Positions 42,868 to 56,070 of a stretch of DNA of 64,000 nucleotides are shown piece after piece; position 1 is the first letter of the stretch, and the number at the start of each line of letters is the position of its first letter. The DNA is taken from positions 378,820,001-378,884,000 of the forward strand of contig OZ024740.1 of assembly GCA_964016885.1 (NCBI GenBank). Reading direction: 5' to 3'. The position numbers and the translations under genes are program-made. This DNA is from Eledone cirrhosa (lineage: Eukaryota). The notes under the pieces were generated by a model. It did no database searches and was not told the origin of the DNA. It was given only the letters and a program-made list of their open reading frames with translations.

Positions 42868-44162
42868 TAGTGGGTTTGCAGAATTGGTAGAGCGTCGGAT
42901 AAAATGCAATTGTGGTATTTGTTATGAGTTCAAATCCCGCCAAAGTCAACTTTGAAATTCATCCTTCCAGGGTCGATAAAATAAAGTACGTCAAGCACTG
43001 GGGCTGATTTAATAAACTTTGCAGTTCCTCCAAATTTTCTGACCTTGGACTTATATTAGAAATTAATATATTTCCGAAAAAAAATGCAGACAGTAAATAA
43101 ATATGAAGACCTGGAAATAGGAATATCCTGAACTATAAGGCGGAAATAGTTTCCCTTCTCCTCCACCTCCTCCTCTCCAGCATTTCTGCCCCATCTACCT
43201 TAAAGTAAACAACATTTTACCTTCTCCTACTCTTCTTCTTCTTCTTCTTCTTACCCTAACACCACTCCGTCCATCATTTTTAAACGCTATCATCAACCTT
43301 TTCTTGTATATTATTCCCCCTGTTCTGTTAAATGGTTAAGATGTTCGCTTCACAATCATAAATTCTCGGCTGCGATTTCACTACGTCACATATTAAGCAA
43401 ATGTTCATCTACAATAACTGTTTCTACTTTTGCTACAAGGCCTCAGTCTCTGATGGTAATAATGGTAAAAGGAGTCAATCGAATAAATGAATGAATGGAT
43501 AAGGTGTGGTGATAATAATTGGTGATAATAATTGTTTCTACTTTAGGCACAAGGCCAGAAATTACCCAGTGCATTACTGGTACTTTATTTTATCGACCCC
43601 GTAAGGATGAAAGACAAAGTTAACCTCGGCAGGATTTGAACTCAGACCGCAAAGGTACGTAACTCTATGCTCCAAAGCATGGCGTCCGACCCTCTACTGA
43701 TACTGCCAATCCACCTGATAATAATGATTTCTAAGTATAGGCGCAAGGCCAGTAATCTGGGGGGAGGGGAAAAAACTGGTACTTTATTTTATCGACCCCG
43801 TAAAGACGAAAGGCAAAGTTAACCTCGGCGGGATTTGAACTCAGATCATAAAGGGCCGTAACTCTATGCTGCAAAGAATGGCGTCCGACCCTCTACCGAT
43901 ACTGCCAATCCGCTCAACCCAGCGTTATTGTAAATGTTCATCTACAATAACAGTTTCTTATAAAAGCACAAGGCCAGCAATTTTTGGGGAGGGGCAAGCC
44001 GATTAAATCGACCCCTGTACATGACTGGTACTTTATTTTATCGACCCCGTAAGGATGAAAGGCAAACTTAACATCGGACGGATTTGAACTCAAAAGGTAA
44101 AGGGCCGTAACTCAATACTCAAAGCATAGCATCCGACCCTCTACCAATACTGCCAAATCACC
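42868..44162. mobile_element. Cluster of tRNA/Nin-like SINEs (+42868-43068; -43528-43715; -43722-43912; -43948-44162)
   Basis: Family consensus matches with shared A-rich target duplications. Confidence 0.8.
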
Positions 44163-44654
44163 TACAATAACGTTGGGTTGACAGAAGCATTATCAATGAA
44201 ATTAGATAGACAGAAACTGTTTTGAAGCTCTTCGGATAGACTTTACCTGTAATTTCAAGGGCCAACCTTGTCACTTATTGCGTTATGCTTAATCTCCCTG
44301 AGGATAAGGTTCAGGGTCTGTGGAATGTTCTTAGACACAATTATGTTAATTTCATGAGCAAGCTGTTTTGTCCTTCGTGGAAACCAACGGGGGTCCATTC
44401 CATTCCATTTCATTCCATATTCTGATATGTGACAAAGATACTTTACTGAAATTTGAACAACGAACCAAAGAAGAAGCTTGTAAATGGTCGATCAATCTGC
44501 TAGAAATAGCAGTTAGATCCACATATCACAGTATCCTGCACAACCACTACGATGGATGACTTGCATAACGTTGAGTGCTTTAATTAATTATTTGCATCAT
44601 CATTTACCAACCAAAACCACCTAACATAAATGATACATATATATATATATAAGA

Positions 44655-44752
44655 AAGAAGTCAGGACCCCCACAGCTGAGCTCCGGCCGTTTCGACAGCT
44701 AGATTTAACTGTCGAAACGGCCGGAGCTCAGCCGTCGGGGTCTTGACTCTTT
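44655..44752. repeat. Fold-back hairpin of a truncated hammerhead-bearing pLTR
   Basis: AGTCAGGACCCC..TTTCGACAG pairs with CTGTCGAAA..GGGGTCTTGACT; GAAA-CGGCCG half core only. Confidence 0.75.
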
Positions 44753-45199
44753 TCCTATTATTACCCACTATACTACACTAAGTATTGAGTACTCTGATGC
44801 GTTACAGTCCACCTGGTTTCTTACCACACTTTCTTTGTGTATCCCAGCGTTGCACGGGTAAGAACATTAGTAATAGCACCTCCAATGAGAAACGTTTATT
44901 TGTGAGTGCCTGTTAAAAACTCACGAAAATATACCGACAGGAAACTTGTTTTATTTGGAGAAAATTAAGAAGTTGAAAGTACAGTTTAGCTGTCTACGTG
45001 CATTGTTCATAGAAATATTGTTGAGCCCCTTCTAGTCATACTCCTCTGTTTTGGTCTATTGGAGAAATGTGAAAGAGAAAGTCACAGGTTAAGTTGGCAG
45101 AAGGTTCCAGTGCAATAGCAGTAAGGCGTAGGCTACTTACCTCAAAAGTTCATTCGCACTCTTTCCACTAAGTTACTCTTTCTCTCTATCCCTGTCGGT

Positions 45200-45763
45200 G
45201 AATTTCTCGTGAATTTCTTGTTCACGTGACAGTCATAATTTCATTTATAACCAATCAAATTACATTTATATAAAAAAAAAAGCCTTCGTGAGCCACTTTT
45301 TTTAAATGAAAAAGTAATTAAAACAAACTGGCGCGAAAGCTGATGTGCTTATTCACGTGACTGCATCAACCAATATATATTCACTCATATATGAAAAAAC
45401 AACCTGAGCCCCCCTCCCCTTTGTTTGAAGAACTTTGTAACGCGAACTAGCGCGAAATTTATTATACTTATTCACCAACCAATCAAATTACTTCTCTAAA
45501 AACCTGGCGTTTCGAGCCACTTCTTCCATATAAAACAAGTAACATTCAAAGACCAACCAGATGGGAGAAAAACCACAGACCCTCCATCTCAACTCTACTT
45601 TTGAAAAGCAGAAGAACTGCGAAACCGGTAAAGGAACCAAATAAATTTATATATTTTTTTTAAAATAAGACTCCAGTTGCATTTTCGATTTCATCTTTTT
45701 CCCTTATACTTTCACTCGTGTAGGACACCTCGGTTATTTTTCATTTTGTAAAAAAATCCTCAA

Positions 45764-45770
<7 letters not shown>
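45200..45770 (+). mobile_element. Solo pLTR of the 51645-53632 PLE family (hammerhead at 45597-45634)
   Basis: High identity to 53215-53632; UUGAAAA-GCAG..CUGC-GAAA-CCGG-UA-AAGG. Confidence 0.8.
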
Positions 45771-45798
<28 letters not shown>

Positions 45799-45867
45799 CG
45801 TTAAGTATTTGCGTGGAAAATGGTAGGAAAGAAGTGTGCTCTATGTATATTACAGAGCTATTTAATC

Positions 45868-46370
45868 ATGTAATAAACAACACATTATAATTATTGCATT
45901 ACCCAAGGTTTCACGAAGTCAGACGATTCTAAAAGAGGCGTCTGAAGTTGTTCATCAGATAGAAATCTTTAATATGCATGTATATACATGCCTATGATGA
46001 CTTTCAGACACATCCGTCCATGTGTCTATATGTATATGGCTGTATTTATGTATATGAACGTTTGTATGTATGTATGTGTGGACTTACATATTCATATAAG
46101 TGTGCCTATGTATGTGTGTATATATATTTATACATATATATATATATATCTTTACCCCTCATTTTACGTTCTGTTTCTGTATGTATAATTTTTTCCTGTT
46201 ATTTTATTTCAGCCTCACTTTCATTTATAATAGATTTTGATTTTAATTTTATATCTTACATCCATATTAAAGATTCTATCTGATGAACGACTTCAGACGC
46301 CTCTGTTAGAATCGTCAGACTTCGTGAAACCTTGGGTAATGAAATAATTATATTGTGTTGTTTATTACAT
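45868..46370. repeat. Fold-back pLTR with hammerheads on both strands
   Basis: 45868-45977 pairs with 46263-46370. Confidence 0.85.
46274..46344 (+). ncRNA. Type I hammerhead motif
   Basis: UAU-CUGAUGA-ACG..CGU-GAAA-CC uug GG-UA-AUG. Confidence 0.75.
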
Positions 46371-46381
46371 AAAAAGGAATA

Positions 46382-46433
<52 letters not shown>

Positions 46434-46911
46434 TGGATTAAAATAAAAAATTATTTCAATGATATTATACCATAAATCAGCTTAAATATGCTTTATGTAG
46501 GCTAAAAATCTTTATTTTGCAGAGCATTATTTATTCAAAATTTTATTTCGGTACAATACTAAAGTATATTACTATTAAGAACATAGCAAGTAAAAACTCT
46601 ATTTAAGGAAAAATATAATTTTATCTGCATAATTGCACAGGCCGCGGTTTCGCCTTGATTACAAATTTAGCTAATTAGCATAATTGATTAGCCAATCAAG
46701 ACTAACATGTCTCTTCAGTAAATTAGTCTTAGGATTTACTAATTAACACACACACACGTGTATATATATATTTATAGCACTATCACCAACCCAATCAGCC
46801 TGCCACTGCTGCTGTCATATGCTGACTGATTAGCAATTAATGCCACACTTAAGATACCGTTATCGACGAGAAAATTTAGTAGTGGGGTCAACACTCGGAA
46901 TTCCCCTTTAT

Positions 46912-47017
46912 GGTTTGCTGAAGAGGATATTGCTCCAGGATTTGCTCATCATTGATTTATTATTAATCGATGGCTAGCGGATCCCCTCCTGGGTCCGAAA
47001 CAGTTACTGTACAGGCC
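46912..47017 (+). ncRNA. Type I hammerhead with long stem II insertion
   Basis: GGUUUG-CUGAAGA-GGA..(about 66 nt)..UCC-GAAA-CAG uua CUG-UA-CAGGCC. Confidence 0.8.
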
Positions 47018-47286
47018 ACTGTGTCGATTTTTGTTCTCCGACAGCTTTGCGTGCTAAACAAGGAAGATACTGGCCGTTTCAAATGACGAAATTGTGAGTA
47101 CATTAAGGTTTTCATATGTTAATTCCAGCCTGATTTCACGGCTAAGGCTGGTGGCTGGGAATGTTGCTTTACAATTAATCCTCTGCGTGTGCTCCAACTA
47201 AACTTATTGATCAACCTGTAAGCAACGAAATCGAAATCATTTGATATAAACCCTTATATATTTGTGTGTGTATATATATGTGTATA

Positions 47287-47357
<71 letters not shown>

Positions 47358-47386
47358 ATATATATATGTGTGTGTATATATATATG

Positions 47387-47430
<44 letters not shown>

Positions 47431-47448
47431 TGTATATATGTATATATA

Positions 47449-47756
47449 CAATATATTAATAAATGGAAACTATATTTACAAAACCATAATTATTTTATTA
47501 TATATATTTCAAGAGCAACCAAGGCAAATTTTGGTGCGCTTTCATCAGATAAAATACACATTTGTTTTATAAATATTGACATACCCGCATAAAGACAACC
47601 TTAACGGTTGAGGTTCGCTGGGTAGTCAATATTTATAAAACAAATTTGTATTTTATCTGATGAAAGCGCACCAAAATTTGCCTTGGTTGTCCTTGAAATA
47701 TATATAATGAAATATTGATGGTTTTATAAATATAGTTTCCATTTATAAATATATTG
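47449..47756. repeat. Fold-back pLTR with hammerheads on both strands
   Basis: 47449-47580 pairs with 47625-47756. Confidence 0.85.
47649..47714 (+). ncRNA. Type I hammerhead motif
   Basis: UAUUUUAU-CUGAUGA-AAG..CUU-GAAA-UAUAUA-UA-AUGAAAUA. Confidence 0.8.
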
Positions 47757-48077
47757 AATATTTACTCCACTAAATTGTTGAGTGCTTTATATCAGTTATA
47801 AAAATGTTTAAGCTTATTGAATCCCAACAAATTAAATATAACCTCTGCATATATGTATATATATCTATGTATATGCATGTATATGTAATAATAATATATT
47901 TGAAGACTAAAATCCAAAGAGGGCTCGATAAGGATAAATATATATCAAATATATAAGAACCGTGCCTGTATATATATATATGTGTGTATATAAATATATA
48001 TATATGTATATATATATGTATATATATATATTAGGTATATATATATATGTATATATATGCATATATATATATGTATA

Positions 48078-48128
<51 letters not shown>

Positions 48129-48373
48129 GTATATATATGTATATATATGTATATATATGTATATATATATATAAGAACCGTGCATGTATATATATGTGTG
48201 TGTATATAAATATATATATATGTATATATATGTATATATATATATTAGGTATATATATATATGTATATATATGTATATATATATATGTATATATATGTAT
48301 ATATATATATGTATATATATATGTATATATATATATGTATATATATATGTATATATATATGTATATATTTATG

Positions 48374-48436
<63 letters not shown>

Positions 48437-48585
48437 GTATATATATATAAATATCTGTATATATATATATATCTGTATATATATATATGTATATATATAG
48501 TAATAATAATAAAATTGAAGACTAAAATCCAAAGAGGGCTCGATAAGGAAAATATATATCAAATATATAAGAACCGTAGAGCAAA

Positions 48586-50143
48586 TATTTATTAAAATAA
48601 CAGATTAAAGTTTAAGCAAAGAATCGCTGCTTTCACCCTTAACGGGATTTTCTGAAACTAACAAAGTCAATCTGTAAACGCAGAACTGGATATTTCAAAA
48701 AACGTTGCAACCGGAGGAAGACAGGAAGACGATACTTTGGTTCGTGGTAACGTTCGCTGGCAAAGAACGGGAAAAAACGAATAATACTTCATTAATAGGA
48801 GCGGTGAAAAACAATTACGCGCAAAGACAAAACCACGTTTATGGTATAAAAGAGGTCGTAGACTAATGTTCTCTTAGGTGGTGCATAGAGACGTTCTCTG
48901 GCAATGAACGAAAAAACGAAGATAATAAGTCATATGTGGAGCGTGGAGAACAATAGCACGCAAAGACAAAACCACGTAAATGGTATAGCAGAAATCGTAG
49001 ACTAAAATTCTAACTAGGAGACCAAATGAATCTCCGCTACAGAGTTAAGAACAAAGTAAATAAATACAATACAGAAGTAATAGAAACAAATAAATACATA
49101 CACGCGAACAGATACGTACATACACAAGCATACGCAAAACCTTACCATGGGTATACAAAACCACGCACATATAAATATGTGTGTGTGTATGCTTGTGTAC
49201 AAATAAATAAATAATTATATAAACGTATATAAGTAAATAAATACGTATATAACAAGCGCACACGCATACCTACATATAAATACACGAATGTTCGGAGACG
49301 TAAGTCAACTAAAACAAGAAGTACACATATACACACACCCACCATACGTACGAACCTGCACACTCACGCGGACGCAAAACTCCCGTATACACATAGCCAA
49401 ACCCTAAATACCAAAATATGTAATTTACGTCTCCGAACATTCGTGTATTTATATGTAGGTATGCGTGTGCGCTTGTTATATACGTATTTATTTACTTATA
49501 TACGTTTATATAATTATTTATTTATTTGTACACAAGCATACACACACACACACATATTTATATGTGCGTGGTTTTGTATACCCATGGTAAGGTTTTGCGT
49601 ATGCTTGTGTATGTACGTATCTGTTCGCGTGTATGTATTTATTTGTTTCTATTACTTCTGTATTGTATTTATTTACTTTGTTCTTAACTCTGTAGCGGAG
49701 ATTCATTTGGTCTCCTAGTTAGAATTTTAGTCTACGATTTCTGCTATACCATTTACGTGGTTTTGTCTTTGCGTGCTATTGTTCTCCACGCTCCACATAT
49801 GACTTATTATCTTCGTTTTTTCGTTCATTGCCAGAGAACGTCTCTATGCACCACCTAAGAGAACATTAGTCTACGACCTCTTTTATACCATAAACGTGGT
49901 TTTGTCTTTGCGCGTAATTGTTTTTCACCGCTCCTATTAATGACGTATTATTCGTTTTTTCCCGTTCTTTGCCAGCGAACGTTACCACGAACCAAAGTAT
50001 CGTCTTCCTGTCTTCCTCCGGTTGCAACGTTTTTTGAAATATCCAGTTCTGCGTTTACAGATTGACTTTGTTAGTTTCAGAAGATCCCGTTAAGGGTGAA
50101 AGCACCGATTCTCTGCTTAAACTTTAATCTGTTATTTTAATAA

Positions 50144-50146
<3 letters not shown>
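48586..50146. repeat. About 720-bp near-perfect inverted repeat (pLTR-like) with ~120-bp spacer
   Basis: 48586-49304 pairs with 49425-50146; hammerhead-like AGUUU-CAGAAGA-UCCC..GGGU-GAAA-GCA..UGC-UU-AAACU near 50073-50123. Confidence 0.92.
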
Positions 50147-50182
<36 letters not shown>

Positions 50183-50249
50183 CAAATAACGAAACGAAAT
50201 TAAATTTTGTTTCGTTTGTAACTCACTTTTGTATGACTGACGCTTAAAC

Positions 50250-50600
50250 AATTAAGTTAAAGATGTACATCCATATATGTATACTGAAATACTAGTATGT
50301 ATATGAATACACACACGTATACATATGTAGATGTACCAAGTTTTTTCCCTGGTCACTTTACTGTGAGTGGCCAGCTATTCTGTATGTAAACACACAGACA
50401 AACCGGTTTTTAGAGTCATACTGGTTTTTGAGGAAACACCTTTCCTCTATTCTCCAGAAAGCCAGACAAGGAATAGCTGGCCACTCACAGTAAAGTGACC
50501 AGGGAAAAAACTTGGTACATCTACATATGTATACGTGTGTGTATTCATATACATACTAGTATTTCAGTATACATATATGGATGTACATCTTTAACTTGAT

Positions 50601-50601
<1 letters not shown>
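50250..50601. repeat. About 130-bp inverted repeat
   Basis: 50250-50380 pairs with 50471-50601; no clear hammerhead core. Confidence 0.9.
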
Positions 50602-50639
<38 letters not shown>

Positions 50640-50650
50640 GTATATATATA

Positions 50651-51270
50651 TATTCATTAGTTAAGCAAAAACAAGACCACAAATTTCACAAGGAAGACAT
50701 TATTAAAAGATTGTCAACATAGTTTTAGTTTAATGTAAGGAATGTAGAGAATAATAATAATATTAATAATGTCCGTTTACAATTGTCTCGCTACGCCATA
50801 TAATGTTTCTGGATCAAATGATTATAGATCATTATTGATCTGGTTCAGTTGAAGATAGGTAAAACTGGAGAACTTAGGTAAAATTGGAGCAGCTCATCGG
50901 AACTTCAAAAGGAATATATTGGTACTTCACTATGAAGTTCCGATGAGATGCTCCAATTTTACCTAAGTTAATTATCTACAAATGAACCAGATCAATAATG
51001 GTCTATAATCATTTGATCCTGAAACATTATATGGAGTAGCGAAACAATTGTAAGCGGACATTATTAATATTATTATAAGGGCAGTGGATTGGCAGTATCA
51101 GTAGAGGGTCGGACGCCATGCTTTGACGCAAAGAGTTACGTCCCTTTACGATCTGAGTTCAAATCCCGCCGAGATTAACTTTGCCTTTCATCCTTACGGG
51201 GTCGATAAAATAAAGTACCAGTAATGTACTGGGTAATTGCTGGCCTTGTGCCACAAGTAGAAACAATTAA

Positions 51271-51305
<35 letters not shown>

Positions 51306-51402
51306 TCTACATTCCTTACATTAAACTAAAACTATGTTGACAATCTTTTAATAATGTCTTCCTTGTGAAATTTGTGGTCTTGTTTTTGCTTAACTAATGA
51401 AT
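50651..51402. repeat. Fold-back pLTR with degenerate hammerhead; right arm interrupted by a SINE (51078-51268, +)
   Basis: 50651-50907 pairs with 50934-51402 once the SINE is removed; CCGAUGA-G..C-GAAA-CAAUUG-UA at 50940-51052. Confidence 0.85.
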
Positions 51403-51568
51403 ATTTCCAGCTCTGTGCATGAACCCAGCCACCTAGCTGCCTTCCACTGCATATTGCACATTGAGCACATGCCTTTACGCTTTGGCTTCTAACTAATTCA
51501 CCAATCTCTCTTCTCCTCTCCTATCTCCATCTCTCTCTTTAAGATTGGTTACGCTTGAACTGTGTATG

Positions 51569-51633
<65 letters not shown>

Positions 51634-52645
51634 GTATATATATTAGAAAGTGAGGTTTTTTTTACAAAATGAAAAATAACCGAGGTGTCCTACACGAGTG
51701 AAAGTATAAAGAAAAAGGGATGAAATCGAAAATGCAACTGAAGTCTTTTTTTTTTTTTTTTTTTTTTGTAAATATATATATTTATTTGGTTCCTTTACCG
51801 GTTTCGCAGTTCTTCTGCTTTTCAAAAGGTGAGTTGAGATGGAGGGTCTGTGGTTTTTCTCACATCTGCGGAAGCTTACAACACTATTCACAATAACATC
51901 CCACTACTAAAACAAAACCCAAGAATGAAAAAAGCCCTTGAAACACACAAAATAATCAAAAGCAAAAGACAACCAAAATCACTGAAAACATTACTCACCA
52001 ATGCCAAATTACCTACCACAAACCCACAACCAAGTATCAAAAATGTGGTCGCTCTAATTGTGGAACCTGCACTCACCTCATTGAAGGCAACACGTATACA
52101 TTTAAATCAGGACAAAATTTTACTGTAAAAAATCACTTCACTTGCTCATCAAAAAATCTAATTTATGCCATTAAATGTAAAGGATGCAATGAAGATTATA
52201 TGGGACAAACTAAACTCACACTCAGAAACAGAATGACAGTTCATCGCCAACAATTACGAGATCCAACCACGAGACAGATACCACTAAGTGCACATCTAGA
52301 CATTTGCGCAAGTAATAAGACACCCAAATTCCAAGTCTTCCCATTTTACCTTTGCGCTAACAATACAACAGAACAAATGCGAATAAATAAGGAAAATATG
52401 TTTATTCAAAAATATAGACCAACATTAAATAAGGTTTAATATACATTATGTCAACACCACAATATGACATACACACACACACACATAACACCTTCTACTT
52501 TAGAAAATAAAAACCCGAACTAAATAAACCTTAACATACGTTTGCACTGGCAATACAACAGCAAACACGAAAAAGTAAGGAAAATATGTTCATTCAAAAA
52601 TATTCCTACTAAAGGAATCACTTTCCTACACACACACATACACAC

Positions 52646-52722
<77 letters not shown>

Positions 52723-53349
52723 TCTTCATCTTAACATGCTAACCATACTCCCACACACATAACACCCATACACACACATAACAACCCCCACACCTACAAC
52801 TCCCTCCCCATTTCTACTAATAGAACCACTTTCCTACACACATATATATATACACACACACAAAAAATATATATTCTCTCCATCTTAACATACTCGCACA
52901 CACACACATAACACCCATATACACACACACACAACTCCCTCCCCCATCTCTACTAATAGAATCATCTTCCAATACACACATACACACACACACACACACA
53001 CATACACACACACAAGCACACAAATAAACATACATATCTTCAGTCTCAATCGAAAATCTGAACCCTGACACCCCGGCGAGCTGGCCATATTCACTGAACC
53101 AGAACATTTCTCCCAATCCCTTTTCTCTTGACCACTATCTCTCCATTGTCATAACATTCACTATAAAGACTACAGAATAGTTTTCCAAATAAGGGCGCAA
53201 AAATGTAATAAAAACTTGTTCACGTGACAGCCAAATTTCATTTATAACCAACCAAAAAAAAGCCTTCGTGAGCCTCCTTTTTTCAAGTAAAAAGAAATTC
53301 AAACACTCATATATGAAAAAACAACCTGTGACAACCCCCCCCTCTCTTA

Positions 53350-53462
53350 TTTGAAGAACTATTGTAACGCGAACTGGCGCGAAATTTATTATAATTATTG
53401 ACAAACCAATCAAATTACTTCTCGAAAAACCTGGCATTTCGAGCCACTTTTTCCATATAAAA
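53350..53462 (+). promoter_or_regulatory. Putative Pol II promoter in pLTR (TTTGAA, E2F-like TGGCGCGAAA, CCAAT, TATAAAA)
   Basis: Motifs at 53350, 53375, 53406 and 53456; the order is retained in the 45420-45535 copy. Confidence 0.5.
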
Positions 53463-53523
53463 CAAGTAACATTCAGAGACCAACCAGATGTGAGAAAAAC
53501 CACAGACCCTCCATCTCAACTCA

Positions 53524-53561
53524 CCTTTTGAAAAGCAGAAGAACTGCGAAACCGGTAAAGG
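53524..53561 (+). ncRNA. Minimal type I hammerhead, U3-A8 core variant
   Basis: CCUU-UUGAAAA-GCAG aagaa CUGC-GAAA-CCGG-UA-AAGG; inverted copy at 51792-51829. Confidence 0.8.
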
Positions 53562-53629
53562 AACCAAATAAATATATATATTTAAAAAAAAAATAAGACT
53601 CCAGTTGCATTTTCGATTTCATCTCTTTT

Positions 53630-53685
<56 letters not shown>

Positions 53686-53687
<2 letters not shown>

Positions 53688-54806
53688 TAAGATAAGCAGA
53701 ACAAGTAAAATTCAATCAATTTTTCAAAATACATTAAAAAATATAATATAAATATTTACCTCTTCTAGTGGCCCTTACTGATCAGTTTCGCTTTGTAAAA
53801 CCTCATAAATCCGATGGATTTATGATGGAAAACCAAAGCTCATCAGAGAAGCATTTTCCCTTCCTAGGGCTAAACGTCCCAGGAACGACAAAATATACAA
53901 CCTCCTGCCAGCTAATAAAGGTCTGAAAGGTCGTAAAAGTGACCCGTATGTAAACTGGACCGAAGTAAAAGCGGGAAAATCAAAGACTTGCTGTCTACAA
54001 TTACTACTAAAAAAATAGCAGCCAAGTAAAGCAACAGATTTGTTCTCAACGGACGGAGAAAAAGGTAGAAGTTAATATGTCCAGGGATACTAGGTACCCC
54101 TAGAAATACATAGGTTGTCTGTGATTCAGGGTTGTTCAATGGTGTTAATTTGATACACCAGAACTTTAATATTAAGATAAGCAGAACAAGTAAAGTTCAA
54201 TCAATTTTTCAAAATACATTAAAAAATATAATATAAATATTTACCTCTTCTAGTGGCCCTTACTGATCAGTTTCGCTTTGTAAAACCTCATAAATCCGAT
54301 GGATTTATGATGGAAAACCAAAGCTCATCAGAGAAGCATTTTCCCTTCCTAGGGCTAAACGTCCCAGGAATGACAAAATATACAACCTCCTGCCAGCTAA
54401 TAAAGGTCTGAAAGGTCGTAAAAGTGACCCGTATGTAAACTGGACCGAAGTAAAAGCGGGAAAATCAAAGACTTGCTGTCTACAATTACTACTAAAAAAA
54501 TAGCAGCCAAGTAAAGCAACAGATTTGTTCTCAACGGACGGAGAAAAAGGTAGAAGTTAATATGTCCAGGGATACTAGGTACCCCTAGAAATACATAGGT
54601 TGTCTGTGATTCAGGGTTGTTCAATGGTGTTAATTTGATACACCAGAACTTTAATATTAAGATAAGCAGAACAAGTAAAATTCAATCAATTTTTCAAAAT
54701 ACATTAAAAAATATAATATAAATATTTACCTCTTCTAGTGGCCCTTACTGATCAGTTTCGCTTTGTAAAACCTCATAAATCCGATGGATTTATGATGGAA
54801 AACCAA
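53686..54806 (-). mobile_element. 2.3 tandem copies of a 485-bp hammerhead-bearing unit (retrozyme/pLTR array)
   Basis: Units start at 53686, 54171 and 54656 and are nearly identical; adjacent to (TA)n. Confidence 0.92.
53771..53852 (-). ncRNA. Type I hammerhead (second copy 54256-54337)
   Basis: UUCU-CUGAUGA-GCUUUG..CAAAGC-GAAA-CUGAUCAG-UA-AGGG. Confidence 0.85.
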
Positions 54807-55914
54807 CCGCCCCCCACACTTCCCCTCCCAAACCAATCTCAACAACATACATTTCTGACAAATATTCCAAAACTATCCTTTTTTTCTTTTTACTGTCATC
54901 CCATTCTTATCAAAAGATATGTATCTTACACCTCATTAAAACCCACCACCACTACACCAGACAAGCACCTAAATTCATCTTTGATATAGAAATTTGTAGA
55001 AGATATTCTTTATAAATTTAAGAGAGTTGATTCAGCTAAAAGAAACGAATTTAAAAAGCATCCTCCCATTATATTCATCAAAGGTCAATAAAAGCAGCAG
55101 AAAGGTTTTTTTTACACCATTTTCTTAAATACCCTTATCTTGCTGTCAACCTTCATCATTTTCTGTGTGTATATATGTATGTATGTGTGTGTGCGTGCGT
55201 ATATGTGTGTGTATGCTTTAATTCCTTTAAATCTTCATCAACACTCCTTCACTCCCACACCCATTAACACCACACATCACACGCCAGGCACATCCAAATC
55301 TCTCTTATATATAGAGTCACACATCACAACACAACCTGATCTCAGTTTGACAATCGCCACCGACGAATGCGAGAAAGTTCTCCAGGAAAGTTAACCAGGA
55401 TACTTTAAAATTCTTCCCACCGAAGTTAATGAACTTACTAGATCTACCAACTCATAATATTATAATATTATAAAATTAAATCAAATTATTTAGAACTACA
55501 AGTGAAGTCATTCTTTTCCTTTTTTTCAAATTTACCTAACTGTACCAAGGATCTCACACATTTTCCAATATATACATATGTATATATATATATGTATGTA
55601 TGTATATATATACCACACATACTAGAATAAACACATAACACACACACATTCAGACACATACCTATCTATGCATTCACACTCGTACGTCTACATGCGCAGA
55701 CGCCCACACCGCCACATACATACATCGCATTATATATACTCACACACCCTCTCTCCCTCACTCCCATGGACCCAGTCACACACACTTGTTGATACATGCC
55801 GCCACGAGCCTTCTGACTGCTCTGTATCAATTGGGTAAGCATGTCCTATTCAAACGTACACATATATACATACACATGCACGCACACACACATACGGCCA
55901 ACCTTCTATACATT

Positions 55915-55975
<61 letters not shown>

Positions 55976-56070
55976 GCTCATACATACGCATATATACATA
56001 CACACATACATTCACATACATACATATATACACACATGCGTATACACATATATATACACACTTAGGAATT

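Larger units (their letters stand above)
51645..53632 (+). mobile_element. 5'-truncated Neptune-type PLE with full 3' pLTR and inverted 5' pLTR piece
   Basis: KSKRQPKSLK, CGRSNCGTC, TCSSKNLIYAIKCKGCNEDYMGQT..RMTVH..FIQKYRPTLN; 51700-51868 is the reverse complement of 53485-53632. Confidence 0.9.
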
